Source: Escherichia coli
GTDB lineage: Bacteria; Pseudomonadota; Gammaproteobacteria; Enterobacterales; Enterobacteriaceae
Strand: one strand, 5' to 3'
Assembly (NCBI RefSeq): GCF_001677475.2
Contig: NZ_CP015229.1
DNA length: 64,000 nt
Shown: piece by piece, positions 1 through 10,944 of the stretch
Layout: each line of letters begins with the position of its first letter
How positions within the stretch are numbered: position 1 is the first letter of the stretch
Translations under genes and position numbers: made by a program
Notes under the pieces: model-generated
Told to the model about the DNA's origin: nothing
The model's database searches: none
What the model saw: only the letters and a program-made list of their open reading frames with translations

Positions 1-515
1 AGCTGTTTGAGGACGCTACACTGATACCTTCCGGGTTGAAAGCGGCATTCCTGAAAGCGACAGATGAGCTGATCGCCGCCGTTACAGCACACTGGCGGGA
101 AGATTTCACCGTTCTGCGGCTACATGGAGACTGCCACGCCGGGAATATTCTCTGGCGCGATGGTCCAATGTTTGTTGATCTGGATGATGCACGTAATGGT
201 CCAGCTATTCAGGATTTGTGGATGTTGCTCAATGGCGATAAAGCCGAGCAGCGGATGCAACTGGAAACTATTATTGAAGCTTATGAAGAATTTAGCGAGT
301 TCGACACCGCTGAAATCGGACTGATTGAACCTTTACGCGCCATGCGTTTGGTTTATTATCTTGCCTGGCTAATGCGGCGTTGGGCTGATCCCGCGTTCCC
401 GAAAAATTTCCCGTGGTTAACCGGGGAAGATTACTGGCTGCGACAGACGGCGACTTTTATAGAACAGGCAAAAGTTATACAAGAACCCCCTTTGCAATTA
501 AGACCAATGTATTAA
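1..515 (+). CDS. srkA: Stress-response kinase SrkA (YihE/RdoA), C-terminal part; the 5' end lies upstream of the window
   Basis: Frame is open from the window edge to the stop at 513-515. HGDCHAGNILW catalytic-loop and DLDD motifs of aminoglycoside-phosphotransferase-like kinases. Sits directly upstream of dsbA, as in E. coli. Confidence 0.85.
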   Translation, partial: LFEDATLIPSGLKAAFLKATDELIAAVTAHWREDFTVLRLHGDCHAGNILWRDGPMFVDLDDARNGPAIQDLWMLLNGDKAEQRMQLETIIEAYEEFSEFDTAEIGLIEPLRAMRLVYYLAWLMRRWADPAFPKNFPWLTGEDYWLRQTATFIEQAKVIQEPPLQLRPMY

Positions 516-531
516 TCGGAGAGAGTAGATC

Positions 532-1158
532 ATGAAAAAGATTTGGCTGGCGCTGGCTGGTTTAGTTTTAGCGTTTAGCGCATCGGCGGCGCAGTATGAA
601 GATGGTAAACAGTACACTACCCTGGAAAAACCGGTAGCTGGCGCGCCGCAAGTGCTGGAGTTTTTCTCTTTCTTCTGCCCGCACTGCTATCAGTTTGAAG
701 AAGTTCTGCATATTTCTGATAACGTGAAGAAAAAACTGCCGGAAGGCGTGAAGATGACTAAATACCACGTCAACTTCATGGGTGGTGACCTGGGCAAAGA
801 TCTGACTCAGGCATGGGCAGTGGCGATGGCACTGGGCGTGGAAGACAAAGTCACTGTTCCGCTGTTTGAAGGCGTACAGAAAACCCAGACCATTCGTTCA
901 GCATCTGATATCCGCGATGTATTTATCAACGCAGGTATTAAAGGTGAAGAGTACGACGCGGCGTGGAACAGCTTCGTGGTGAAATCTCTGGTCGCTCAGC
1001 AGGAAAAAGCCGCAGCTGACGTGCAATTGCGTGGTGTTCCGGCGATGTTTGTTAACGGTAAATATCAGCTGAATCCGCAGGGTATGGATACCAGCAATAT
1101 GGATGTTTTTGTTCAGCAGTATGCTGATACTGTGAAATATCTGTCCGAGAAAAAATAA
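532..1158 (+). CDS. dsbA: Periplasmic thiol:disulfide oxidoreductase DsbA
   Basis: 208 aa with signal peptide [19 protein letters not shown] and CPHC active site. Translation reads as the E. coli DsbA protein. Confidence 0.98.
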
Positions 1159-1176
1159 TTCAATGTAAATTACATA

Positions 1177-1206
1177 AAGCCCGTGAATATTCACGGGCTT
1201 TTTTTA
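1177..1206 (+). terminator. Rho-independent terminator after dsbA
   Basis: Hairpin AAGCCCGTGAATATTCACGGGCTT followed by a T-run. Confidence 0.8.
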
Positions 1207-1312
1207 TTATTTAATAAATATAAATACATTCTGATAATGCATCCTGCCGCTGGACATTATTTCAGCATAAGTGGATATTCAAAGTTTTGCTGTTTTATCA
1301 GGGAATATTTAT

Positions 1313-2743
1313 ATGATACGTAAGTCAGCTACAGGTGTCATTGTTGCGTTAGCCGTTATCTGGGGTGGTGGCACATGGTACACAGGTACGCAAATTCAGC
1401 CAGGTGTCGAAAAGTTTATTAAAGATTTTAACGATGCTAAAAAGAAAGGTGAACATTCCTACGCGATGACATTAAGTTATAAAAATTTTGACAAAGGTTT
1501 TTTTAATTCCCATTTTCAGATGCAAATTATATTTGATAACGGTGCACCCGATCTCAATATCAAACCAGGCCAGAAAGTTGCATTTGATGTGGATGTTGAG
1601 CACGGTCCGTTACCCATCACAATGTTAATGCGTGGTAATGTCATCCCCGCACTGGTAGCGGCAAAAGTGAACTTAGTGAACAATGAACTGACACAACCGC
1701 TATTTATCGCCGCGAAAAATAAATCGCCCGTGGAAGCGACATTGCGATTCGCGTTTGGTGGCTCATTCTCTACGACATTAGATGTTGCCCCTGCAGAGTA
1801 TGGAAAGTTTTCTTTTGGTGAGGGCCAGTTTACTTTTAATGGTGATGGTAGTTCATTGTCTAACCTGGATATTGAAGGCAAAGTCGAAGATATTGTTCTG
1901 CAATTATCGCCATTGAACAAAGTAACGGCAAAAAGTTTTACCATTGATTCTCTGGCTCGATTAGAAGAAAAGAAATTTCCGGTTGGTGAAAGCGAGTCGA
2001 AATTTAATCAGATTAACATTATCAATCACGGGGAAGACGTTGCCCAAATCGATGCTTTCGTTGCAAAAACCAGGCTGGATCGCGTTAAAGACAAAGATTA
2101 TATCAATGTCAATCTGACCTACGAACTTGATAAGTTAACAAAAGGGAATCAGCAACTCGGTAGTGGTGAGTGGTCATTGATTGCTGAATCTATTGATCCC
2201 TCAGCGGTGCGCCAATTTATCATCCAGTATAACATTGCGATGCAGAAGCAGCTTGCTGCACACCCTGAGTTAGCAAACGATGAAGTTGCTCTGCAAGAAG
2301 TGAATGCTGCATTGTTCAAAGAGTATTTACCGTTATTACAAAAAAGTGAGCCGACCATTAAACAACCGGTAAGATGGAAGAATGCACTCGGCGAACTAAA
2401 TACCAATCTGGATATCAGTATTGCCGACCCAGCCAAATCCTCATCATCCACAAACAAAGATATTAAATCGCTTAATTTTGATGTGAAGTTACCGCTTAAT
2501 GTCGTCACAGAAACCGCAAAACAGCTTAATTTATCTGAAGGAATGGATGCGGAAAAAGCGCAAAAGCAGGCTGATAAACAAATCAGCGGGATGATGACAT
2601 TAGGTCAGATGTTTCAGTTAATCACGATTGACAACAATACCGCCTCGCTGCAGCTGCGTTATACACCGGGTAAAGTTGTTTTTAACGGACAGGAGATGAG
2701 CGAAGAAGAATTTATGTCTCGTGCCGGACGTTTTGTTCATTAA
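1313..2743 (+). CDS. yihF: DUF945-family protein YihF
   Basis: Track ORF 1271-2743 trimmed to ATG 1313 (MIRKSATGVIVALAV...), giving 476 aa. N-terminal membrane anchor. K-12 synteny between dsbA and yihG. Confidence 0.9.
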   Translation: MIRKSATGVIVALAVIWGGGTWYTGTQIQPGVEKFIKDFNDAKKKGEHSYAMTLSYKNFDKGFFNSHFQMQIIFDNGAPDLNIKPGQKVAFDVDVEHGPLPITMLMRGNVIPALVAAKVNLVNNELTQPLFIAAKNKSPVEATLRFAFGGSFSTTLDVAPAEYGKFSFGEGQFTFNGDGSSLSNLDIEGKVEDIVLQLSPLNKVTAKSFTIDSLARLEEKKFPVGESESKFNQINIINHGEDVAQIDAFVAKTRLDRVKDKDYINVNLTYELDKLTKGNQQLGSGEWSLIAESIDPSAVRQFIIQYNIAMQKQLAAHPELANDEVALQEVNAALFKEYLPLLQKSEPTIKQPVRWKNALGELNTNLDISIADPAKSSSSTNKDIKSLNFDVKLPLNVVTETAKQLNLSEGMDAEKAQKQADKQISGMMTLGQMFQLITIDNNTASLQLRYTPGKVVFNGQEMSEEEFMSRAGRFVH

Positions 2744-2750
2744 AATACTC

Positions 2751-2778
2751 ACTCGCCTCTGCTCATTCAGAGGCGAGT
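2751..2778. terminator. Bidirectional hairpin terminator between convergent yihF and yihG
   Basis: Inverted repeat ACTCGCCTCT / AGAGGCGAGT flanked by A/T runs. Confidence 0.7.
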
Positions 2779-2783
2779 AAAAC

Positions 2784-3716
2784 TTACTTATTCTGACGCT
2801 GTGATGACATGAGAGACGTCAGAAGTCGGTCCTTTTCCTGCCACAGTGAGTTCAGCCATTGCTGAAAATGGCGCTTAAAGCTTTTGTCATTGATGTAATC
2901 GCCATGTAACTCATCGGCAATAGGCTGTAAATCCACATGTACGACAATCCGCGTCAGTTTACCGCTTAACATATCGAAGAACGGCTGACGGTTATTGTCC
3001 GGATAACACAGCGTAACATTAAGCAGTTTATCGAATTGTTTACCCAGTACATTTAGCGCCATCGCAATGCCTGCCGCCTTTGGTGGCAACAAGTTTTGAA
3101 AAGTGGAGTGGGTTTGCTGATGTTTTTCTTGCGTGAAACGGGAGCCTTCAACGAAATTGACAATGGTGGTGGGATGCAGGCGAAACTTTTCACAAGAACG
3201 CCGAGTGGTTTCAACATCTTTACCACGTCGCTCCGGATGACGTAATAAATAAGCGCGGGAATAACGCTTCATAAACGGCATATCCAGCGCCCAGCACGCC
3301 AGGCCAAGAAATGGCACCCAGGCCAGTTGTTGCTTGAGGAAATATTTATTCATCGGAATGTGCTTACGAAACAGCACGCACAGTACGACAATATCTGCCC
3401 AACTACGGTGGTTACAAATAAGCAGATACCAGTTTTTCTTACTTAACCCTTCCAGCCCGTGAACTTCCCATTGCAGGTGTGGGTTCAGATGCAGTAATAC
3501 CGCCAGACCTTCACACCAGCAATACATCATAAAATCACAAAACCGCGAAACCTTTCGCCAAATGACTGGCACAGGTAGCAATAGTTTTACAATCCCGGCA
3601 ATGATGATCGGGACGGAACAAAAAATAGTGACCAAAATGGTCAATACGATACTCAGCAAAAGGGTTATCGCAGCGAGTATTCTCGTCATAATGAATTTAT
3701 TCAAAAGGTTAGCCAT
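2784..3716 (-). CDS. yihG: Acyltransferase YihG (1-acyl-sn-glycerol-3-phosphate acyltransferase family)
   Basis: Track ORF trimmed to MANLLNKF... (310 aa). NHRSWAD (HX4D) acyltransferase motif. N-terminal TM helices. Confidence 0.9.
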   Translation of the reverse strand: MANLLNKFIMTRILAAITLLLSIVLTILVTIFCSVPIIIAGIVKLLLPVPVIWRKVSRFCDFMMYCWCEGLAVLLHLNPHLQWEVHGLEGLSKKNWYLLICNHRSWADIVVLCVLFRKHIPMNKYFLKQQLAWVPFLGLACWALDMPFMKRYSRAYLLRHPERRGKDVETTRRSCEKFRLHPTTIVNFVEGSRFTQEKHQQTHSTFQNLLPPKAAGIAMALNVLGKQFDKLLNVTLCYPDNNRQPFFDMLSGKLTRIVVHVDLQPIADELHGDYINDKSFKRHFQQWLNSLWQEKDRLLTSLMSSQRQNK

Positions 3717-3947
3717 AGACAGTACGCTAAAGAAGCGCAAGGCGCAGATTTTAGCAGAAAACGCCCCAAATAACGGATGATCCTTAAGGAGAAAAATAAT
3801 TCATATCTATCCACATTAGAAAAAATCCCATTATCTCAATTATTAGGGAAGGCTTTATTTTTAACTGCATGAAAAACAAAGACAAACATCATACTGTAAA
3901 AAGCATGATAATAAATTAAAAGCGATGTAAATAATTTATGCACAAAG

Positions 3948-3956
3948 TTATCCACA
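3948..3956. promoter_or_regulatory. DnaA box in the polA upstream region
   Basis: Exact TTATCCACA 9-mer about 125 bp upstream of the polA start. A second near-match, CTATCCACA, lies at 3807-3815. Confidence 0.5.
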
Positions 3957-4079
3957 TGACGATTTGCGAGCGATCCAGAAGATCTACAAAAGATTTTCAC
4001 GAAAAGCGGTGAAAAACTCATGTTTTCATCCTGTCTGTGGCATCCTTTACTCATAATCTGATAAACAGGCACGGACATT

Positions 4080-6866
4080 ATGGTTCAGATCCCCCAAAAT
4101 CCACTTATCCTTGTAGATGGTTCATCTTATCTTTATCGCGCATATCACGCGTTTCCCCCGCTGACTAACAGCGCAGGCGAGCCGACCGGTGCGATGTATG
4201 GTGTCCTCAACATGCTGCGCAGTCTGATCATGCAATATAAACCGACGCATGCAGCGGTGGTCTTTGACGCCAAGGGAAAAACCTTTCGTGATGAACTGTT
4301 TGAACATTACAAATCACATCGCCCGCCAATGCCGGACGATCTGCGAGCACAAATCGAACCTCTGCACGCGATGGTTAAAGCGATGGGACTGCCGCTGCTG
4401 GCGGTTTCTGGCGTAGAAGCGGACGACGTTATCGGTACTCTGGCGCGCGAAGCCGAAAAAGCCGGGCGTCCGGTGCTGATCAGCACTGGCGATAAAGATA
4501 TGGCGCAGCTGGTGACGCCAAATATTACGCTTATCAATACCATGACGAATACCATCCTCGGCCCGGAAGAGGTGGTGAATAAGTACGGCGTGCCGCCAGA
4601 ACTGATCATCGACTTCCTGGCGCTGATGGGTGACTCCTCTGATAACATTCCTGGCGTACCGGGTGTCGGTGAAAAAACCGCGCAGGCATTGCTGCAAGGT
4701 CTTGGCGGGCTGGATACGCTGTATGCCGAACCAGAAAAAATTGCTGGGTTGAGCTTCCGTGGCGCGAAAACAATGGCAGCGAAGCTCGAGCAAAACAAAG
4801 AAGTTGCTTATCTCTCATACCAGCTGGCGACGATTAAAACCGATGTTGAACTGGAGCTGACCTGTGAACAACTGGAAGTGCAGCAACCGGCAGCGGAAGA
4901 GTTGTTGGGGCTGTTCAAAAAATATGAGTTCAAACGCTGGACTGCTGATGTCGAAGCGGGCAAATGGTTACAGGCCAAAGGGGCAAAACCAGCCGCGAAG
5001 CCGCAGGAAACCAGTGTTGCAGACGAAGCACCAGAAGTGACGGCAACGGTGATTTCTTATGACAACTACGTCACCATCCTTGATGAAGAAACACTGAAAG
5101 CGTGGATTGCGAAGCTGGAAAAAACGCCGGTATTTGCATTTGATACTGAAACCGACAGCCTTGATAACATCTCTGCCAACCTGGTCGGGCTTTCTTTTGC
5201 TATCGAGCCAGGCGTAGCGGCATATATTCCGGTTGCTCATGATTATCTTGATGCGCCCGATCAAATCTCTCGCGAGCGTGCACTCGAGTTGCTAAAACCG
5301 CTGCTGGAAGATGAAAAGGCGCTGAAGGTCGGGCAAAACCTGAAATACGATCGCGGTATTCTGGCGAACTACGGCATTGAACTGCGTGGGATTGCGTTTG
5401 ATACCATGCTGGAGTCCTACATTCTCAATAGCGTTGCCGGGCGTCACGATATGGACAGCCTCGCGGAACGTTGGTTGAAGCACAAAACCATCACTTTTGA
5501 AGAGATTGCTGGTAAAGGCAAAAATCAACTGACCTTTAACCAGATTGCCCTCGAAGAGGCCGGACGTTACGCCGCCGAAGATGCTGATGTCACCTTGCAG
5601 TTGCATCTGAAAATGTGGCCGGACCTGCAAAAACACAAAGGGCCGTTGAACGTCTTCGAGAATATCGAAATGCCGCTGGTGCCGGTGCTTTCACGCATTG
5701 AACGTAACGGTGTGAAGATCGATCCGAAAGTTCTGCATAATCATTCTGAAGAGCTCACTCTGCGCCTGGCGGAGCTGGAAAAGAAAGCGCATGAAATTGC
5801 AGGTGAAGAATTTAACCTTTCTTCCACCAAGCAGTTACAAACCATTCTGTTTGAAAAACAGGGCATTAAACCGCTGAAGAAAACGCCGGGTGGCGCGCCG
5901 TCAACGTCGGAAGAGGTACTGGAAGAACTGGCGCTGGACTATCCGTTGCCAAAAGTGATTCTGGAGTATCGTGGTCTGGCGAAGCTGAAGTCGACTTACA
6001 CCGACAAGCTGCCGCTGATGATCAACCCGAAAACCGGGCGTGTGCATACCTCTTATCACCAGGCAGTAACTGCAACGGGACGTTTATCGTCAACCGATCC
6101 TAACCTGCAAAACATTCCGGTGCGTAACGAAGAAGGTCGTCGTATCCGCCAGGCGTTTATTGCGCCAGAGGATTATGTGATTGTCTCAGCGGACTACTCG
6201 CAGATTGAACTGCGCATTATGGCGCATCTCTCGCGTGACAAAGGCTTGCTGACCGCATTCGCGGAAGGAAAAGATATCCACCGAGCTACGGCGGCAGAAG
6301 TGTTTGGTTTGCCTCTGGAAACCGTCACCAGCGAGCAACGCCGTAGCGCGAAAGCGATCAACTTTGGTCTGATTTATGGCATGAGTGCTTTCGGTCTGGC
6401 GCGGCAATTGAACATTCCACGTAAAGAAGCGCAGAAGTACATGGACCTTTACTTCGAACGCTACCCTGGCGTGCTGGAGTATATGGAACGCACCCGTGCT
6501 CAGGCGAAAGAGCAGGGCTACGTTGAAACGCTGGACGGACGCCGTCTGTATCTGCCGGATATCAAATCCAGCAATGGTGCTCGTCGTGCAGCGGCTGAAC
6601 GTGCAGCTATTAACGCGCCAATGCAGGGAACCGCCGCCGACATTATCAAACGGGCGATGATTGCCGTTGATGCGTGGTTACAGGCTGAGCAACCGCGTGT
6701 GCGTATGATCATGCAGGTACACGATGAACTGGTATTTGAAGTTCATAAAGATGATGTCGATGCCGTCGCGAAGCAGATTCATCAACTGATGGAAAACTGT
6801 ACCCGTCTGGATGTGCCGTTGCTGGTGGAAGTGGGGAGTGGTGAAAACTGGGATCAGGCGCACTAA
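4080..6866 (+). CDS. polA: DNA polymerase I
   Basis: 928 aa with a 5'-nuclease domain, a 3'-5' exonuclease domain (FDTETDSL) and a Pol A-family palm ([15 protein letters not shown]). Confidence 0.99.
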   Translation: MVQIPQNPLILVDGSSYLYRAYHAFPPLTNSAGEPTGAMYGVLNMLRSLIMQYKPTHAAVVFDAKGKTFRDELFEHYKSHRPPMPDDLRAQIEPLHAMVKAMGLPLLAVSGVEADDVIGTLAREAEKAGRPVLISTGDKDMAQLVTPNITLINTMTNTILGPEEVVNKYGVPPELIIDFLALMGDSSDNIPGVPGVGEKTAQALLQGLGGLDTLYAEPEKIAGLSFRGAKTMAAKLEQNKEVAYLSYQLATIKTDVELELTCEQLEVQQPAAEELLGLFKKYEFKRWTADVEAGKWLQAKGAKPAAKPQETSVADEAPEVTATVISYDNYVTILDEETLKAWIAKLEKTPVFAFDTETDSLDNISANLVGLSFAIEPGVAAYIPVAHDYLDAPDQISRERALELLKPLLEDEKALKVGQNLKYDRGILANYGIELRGIAFDTMLESYILNSVAGRHDMDSLAERWLKHKTITFEEIAGKGKNQLTFNQIALEEAGRYAAEDADVTLQLHLKMWPDLQKHKGPLNVFENIEMPLVPVLSRIERNGVKIDPKVLHNHSEELTLRLAELEKKAHEIAGEEFNLSSTKQLQTILFEKQGIKPLKKTPGGAPSTSEEVLEELALDYPLPKVILEYRGLAKLKSTYTDKLPLMINPKTGRVHTSYHQAVTATGRLSSTDPNLQNIPVRNEEGRRIRQAFIAPEDYVIVSADYSQIELRIMAHLSRDKGLLTAFAEGKDIHRATAAEVFGLPLETVTSEQRRSAKAINFGLIYGMSAFGLARQLNIPRKEAQKYMDLYFERYPGVLEYMERTRAQAKEQGYVETLDGRRLYLPDIKSSNGARRAAAERAAINAPMQGTAADIIKRAMIAVDAWLQAEQPRVRMIMQVHDELVFEVHKDDVDAVAKQIHQLMENCTRLDVPLLVEVGSGENWDQAH

Positions 6867-7013
6867 GATTCGCCTGAACATGCCCTTTTTTCGTAAGTAA
6901 GCAACATAAGCTGTCACGTTTTGTGATGGCTATTAGAAATTCCTATGCAACAACTGAAAAAAAATTACAAAAAGTGCTTTCTGAACTGAACAAAAAAGAG
7001 TAAAGTTAGTCGC

Positions 7014-7124
7014 GTAGGGTACAGAGGTAAGATGTTCTATCTTTCAGACCTTTTACTTCACGTAATCGGATTTGGCTGAATATTTTAGCCGCCCCAGTCA
7101 GTAATGACTGGGGCGTTTTTTATT
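7014..7124 (+). ncRNA. spf: Spot 42 sRNA
   Basis: Sequence GTAGGGTACAGAGGTAAGATGTTCTATCTTTCAGACC...GCCCCAGTCAGTAATGACTGGGGCGTTTTTTATT matches the Spot 42 RNA as I recall it, including its terminator. Lies downstream of polA. Confidence 0.95.
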
Positions 7125-7147
7125 GGGCGAAAGAAAAGATCCGTAAT

Positions 7148-7227
7148 GCCTGATACGCCATGTTTATCAGGCCAACGGTAAAATCGTAATCTATTGAATT
7201 TACGGGCCGGATATGCCACATCCGGCA
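7148..7227. repeat. REP/BIME element pair
   Basis: GCCTGATACGCCATGTTTATCAGGCC and GCCGGATATGCCACATCCGGC palindromic units. Confidence 0.7.
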
Positions 7228-7247
7228 CAAGCATTAAGGCAAGAAAA

Positions 7248-7880
7248 TCATTCGCCGTCCTGCGTTTCTTCTACAGGCTGCATCTCGCTAAACCAGGTAT
7301 CCAGTTTCTGCCGCAGCTTGTCCACGCCTTGTTTCTTCAACGAAGAAAACGTTTCAACCTGCACATCACCGTTAAACGCCAGTACAGCTTCACGCACCAT
7401 ATTCAATTGCGCTTTACGTGCGCCGCTTGCCAGTTTGTCCGCTTTGGTCAGCAGCACCAGAACGGCGATATTGCTGTCTACCGCCCACTCAATCATCTGC
7501 TGATCCAAATCTTTCAGCGGATGGCGAATATCCATTAGCACCACCAGACCTTGCAGGCTCTGACGTTTTTCGAGGTATTCGCCGAGCGCGCGTTGCCATT
7601 TGCGCTTCATCTCTTCCGGGACTTCCGCGTAGCCATAGCCGGGCAGGTCAACCAGACGCTTGCCGTCAGCCACTTCAAACAGGTTGATAAGCTGGGTGCG
7701 CCCTGGGGTTTTTGAGGTACGAGCCAGGCTTTTCTGGTTAGTCAGCGTGTTCAGCGCGCTGGATTTACCTGCGTTGGAACGGCCTGCAAAAGCCACTTCA
7801 ATTCCGGTATCGGAAGGTAAGTGGCGAATATCAGGCGCACTCATCACAAAATGCGTCTGTTGATAATTCAAATTAGTCAA
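7248..7880 (-). CDS. engB: Ribosome-biogenesis GTPase EngB (YihA)
   Basis: 210 aa. G1 motif GRSNAGKSS and G3 motif DLPGYG. Confidence 0.97.
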
Positions 7881-8150
7881 AGCGGTCGTCTCCGTCAGTC
7901 AAAGCTTTGCGGCGATTATACCTGAACCATAATAAAAGGCGGATTTTTCGGCGTGAGCGTTGTAAGTAAAAGCCATACGCTTTGTGAGACATTGCCGATA
8001 GTCTTTATGCGAAATAGCAGAGAAAATTCTGCGATGCATGTCAAATAAGCCATATAAATCAGTGAATTGCTTTTATATAAAACTCTGAAAATGTGCAAAT
8101 ACTGATGGCGGTTGATTGTTTGTTTAAAGCAAAGGCGTAAAGTAGCACCC

Positions 8151-8395
8151 ATAGAGCGAGGACGCTAACAGGAACAATGACTCAGGATGAGGGTCAGGAG
8201 CGCCAGGAGGCGAAGACAGAGGATTGTCAGGAAGACAAACGTCCGGAGACGTAATTAAACGGAAATGGAATCAACACGGATTGTTCCGGCTAATGGAAAA
8301 ACAGGGTGTGTTGGCGGCCTGCAAGGATTGTAAGACCCGTTAAGGGTTATGAGTCAGGAAAAAAGGCGACAGAGTAATCTGTCGCCTTTTTTCTT
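8151..8395 (+). ncRNA. csrC: CsrC sRNA (CsrA-sequestering)
   Basis: Starts ATAGAGCGAGGACGCTAACAGGAACAATGACTCAGGATGAGGGTCAGGAG. Many GGA/AGGA motifs in loops. Ends at terminator GGCGACAGAGTAATCTGTCGCCTTTTTT. Located between engB and yihI. Confidence 0.9.
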
Positions 8396-8461
8396 TGCTT
8401 GCTTTCTGTTAGATTCCGCCGCAAATCTATACTGAATAAAACGGCTAAAAGACGAACCATT

Positions 8462-8971
8462 ATGAAACCATCATCTTCAAACTCACGCAGCAAAGGTCAT
8501 GCAAAAGCGCGTCGAAAAACACGCGAGGAGCTGGATCAGGAAGCTCGTGACCGTAAGCGTCAGAAAAAACGTCGTGGTCATGCGCCGGGCAGCCGCGCAG
8601 CGGGCGGAAACACCACGTCAGGCAGCAAAGGCCAGAACGCACCGAAAGATCCACGTATTGGCAGTAAAACCCCTATTCCATTGGGCGTGACTGAAAAAGT
8701 CACCAAACAGCACAAACCGAAGAGTGAGAAACCTATGCTTTCACCGCAGGCGGAGTTGGAATTACTGGAAACGGATGAGCGTCTGGATGCGCTGCTGGAA
8801 CGTCTGGAAGCAGGCGAAACCCTGAGCGCCGAAGAGCAATCCTGGGTGGATGCTAAACTGGATCGTATTGATGAGTTGATGCAGAAACTCGGCCTCTCTT
8901 ATGACGATGACGAAGAAGAGGAAGAAGACGAGAAGCAAGAAGACATGATGCGTCTGCTACGGGGCAACTAA
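8462..8971 (+). CDS. yihI: Der GTPase-activating protein YihI
   Basis: Track ORF trimmed to [13 protein letters not shown]... (169 aa). Basic N-terminal half and acidic [10 protein letters not shown] tail. Confidence 0.95.
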   Translation: MKPSSSNSRSKGHAKARRKTREELDQEARDRKRQKKRRGHAPGSRAAGGNTTSGSKGQNAPKDPRIGSKTPIPLGVTEKVTKQHKPKSEKPMLSPQAELELLETDERLDALLERLEAGETLSAEEQSWVDAKLDRIDELMQKLGLSYDDDEEEEEDEKQEDMMRLLRGN

Positions 8972-9159
8972 CGGATTGCCGCCGTGGGCCTTCCCGTTCT
9001 GCTGATAACCCTTCCGGTTATATGTTATCTGGTGTGGTTATTCGTTAAACTACAGCGGTTGTCGCGGCGACAAAAGTGGCTGCGCAACCGGCTGATGACC
9101 CGAAACGGGCATCCGCCGGTACGCCGTAGCCGCCAGAGACGCCATCGGAAGGAGTGAGC

Positions 9160-10533
9160 ATGTCTGTACAGCAAATCGACTGGGATCTGGCCCTGATCCA
9201 GAAATATAACTATTCCGGGCCACGATACACCTCGTACCCGACCGCGCTGGAGTTTTCAGAAGACTTCGGCGAACAGGCGTTTTTACAAGCCGTGGCGCGC
9301 TATCCTGAGCGTCCATTATCTCTCTACGTACATATTCCGTTCTGCCATAAGCTTTGTTACTTCTGCGGTTGCAATAAGATTGTTACTCGCCAGCAGCACA
9401 AGGCCGATCAGTATCTGGACGCGCTGGAGCAAGAAATCGTCCATCGTGCACCGCTGTTCGCCGGGCGTCACGTCAGCCAATTGCACTGGGGCGGCGGAAC
9501 GCCGACGTATCTGAATAAAGCGCAAATCAGCCGCCTGATGAAGCTGCTGCGTGAAAACTTCCAGTTCAATGCCGATGCGGAGATTTCGATCGAAGTCGAT
9601 CCGCGGGAAATCGAACTGGATGTACTCGATCATTTACGCGCCGAAGGCTTTAATCGCCTGAGCATGGGCGTGCAGGACTTCAACAAAGAAGTGCAACGTC
9701 TGGTTAACCGCGAGCAGGATGAAGAGTTCATCTTTGCACTGCTTAACCATGCGCGTGAGATTGGTTTTACCTCCACCAACATCGACCTGATTTACGGCCT
9801 GCCGAAACAGACGCCGGAGAGTTTCGCCTTTACCCTGAAACGTGTGGCGGAGCTGAACCCCGATCGTCTGAGTGTCTTTAACTATGCGCATCTGCCGACC
9901 ATTTTTGCTGCTCAGCGCAAAATCAAAGATGCTGACCTGCCGAGTCCGCAGCAAAAACTCGATATCCTGCAGGAAACCATCGCCTTCCTGACGCAATCGG
10001 GCTATCAGTTTATCGGTATGGATCACTTTGCCCGTCCTGATGACGAGCTGGCGGTGGCCCAGCGTGAAGGCGTGCTGCATCGTAACTTCCAGGGCTACAC
10101 CACTCAGGGCGATACCGATCTGCTGGGGATGGGCGTTTCCGCCATCAGCATGATTGGCGACTGCTACGCGCAGAACCAGAAAGAGTTGAAGCAGTACTAT
10201 CAGCAAGTGGATGAACAAGGCAATGCGCTGTGGCGTGGTATTGCGCTAACGCGTGATGACTGTATTCGCCGCGATGTGATTAAGTCGCTCATCTGCAACT
10301 TCCGTCTGGATTACGCCCCTATTGAGCAACAGTGGGATTTGCACTTCGCAGATTACTTTGCGGAAGATCTCAAGCTGCTCGCCCCGTTAGCAAAAGATGG
10401 GCTGGTGGATGTGGATGAGAAGGGAATACAGGTGACGGCGAAAGGTCGCTTGCTGATCCGCAACATTTGCATGTGCTTTGATACCTATCTGCGCCAGAAA
10501 GCGCGGATGCAGCAGTTCTCTCGGGTGATTTAA
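9160..10533 (+). CDS. hemN: Oxygen-independent coproporphyrinogen III dehydrogenase HemN (radical SAM)
   Basis: 457 aa from ATG 9160 (MSVQQIDWDL...) with AAGGAG upstream. CHKLCYFCGC radical-SAM CX3CX2C motif. Confidence 0.97.
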   Translation: MSVQQIDWDLALIQKYNYSGPRYTSYPTALEFSEDFGEQAFLQAVARYPERPLSLYVHIPFCHKLCYFCGCNKIVTRQQHKADQYLDALEQEIVHRAPLFAGRHVSQLHWGGGTPTYLNKAQISRLMKLLRENFQFNADAEISIEVDPREIELDVLDHLRAEGFNRLSMGVQDFNKEVQRLVNREQDEEFIFALLNHAREIGFTSTNIDLIYGLPKQTPESFAFTLKRVAELNPDRLSVFNYAHLPTIFAAQRKIKDADLPSPQQKLDILQETIAFLTQSGYQFIGMDHFARPDDELAVAQREGVLHRNFQGYTTQGDTDLLGMGVSAISMIGDCYAQNQKELKQYYQQVDEQGNALWRGIALTRDDCIRRDVIKSLICNFRLDYAPIEQQWDLHFADYFAEDLKLLAPLAKDGLVDVDEKGIQVTAKGRLLIRNICMCFDTYLRQKARMQQFSRVI

Positions 10534-10600
10534 ATAGTGAATGGCGCTTCGTTTACAAAGTAGAAAACGAAAGCGCCATCAATGTGCTGAGAACAAGATT

Positions 10601-10690
10601 GCCTGATGCGCTACGCTTATCAGGCCTACAAAACCTGTTGAAAATATTGCTTTTGTAGGCCGGATAAGGCGTTCACGCCGCATCCGGCAT
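10601..10690. repeat. REP/BIME element
   Basis: GCCTGATGCGCTACGCTTATCAGGCCTAC ... GTAGGCCGGATAAGGCGTTCACGCCGCATCCGGC. Confidence 0.75.
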
Positions 10691-10722
10691 GAACAAAGAG
10701 CACTTCATCAGCAATCTGAAAC

Positions 10723-10833
10723 TCAACTAAACAGCCCAATCATCGCGGCACACAGCACGGCAGCAACGGCAGTTTGCGGTGTGTGGCTGTCAACTGCGCC
10801 ACTCGATACCAGATTAATTATTGATTCCAGCAT
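10723..10833 (-). CDS. yshB: Small membrane protein YshB (36 aa)
   Basis: Below the track cutoff. My translation is MLESIINLVSSGAVDSHTPQTAVAAVLCAAMIGLFS*, with GGAGAG upstream of the ATG. Position between hemN and glnG matches K-12 yshB. Confidence 0.75.
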   Translation of the reverse strand: MLESIINLVSSGAVDSHTPQTAVAAVLCAAMIGLFS

Positions 10834-10944
10834 AATGACTCTCCCCGTTTTCCGGGCAAGATCATACTGAACTTATCGGAACAGTAAAGCGCAAAATACC
10901 AGCAATTTGCGCTCAATAATCAATCTTTACACACAAGCCGTGAA

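Noticed and set aside
3836-4078. 80-aa minus-strand ORF in the yihG-polA spacer.
   Set aside because: It is an AT-rich promoter region containing DnaA-box-like sequences. There is no RBS and the peptide has odd composition. It is more likely the polA regulatory region than a gene.
7916-8152. 78-aa minus-strand ORF between engB and CsrC.
   Set aside because: It overlaps the engB and csrC promoter region, has no recognisable motifs and has no RBS.
8399-8461. N-terminal extension of yihI in the track ORF.
   Set aside because: It overlaps the CsrC terminator. The recognised YihI protein starts at [11 protein letters not shown] (ATG 8462).
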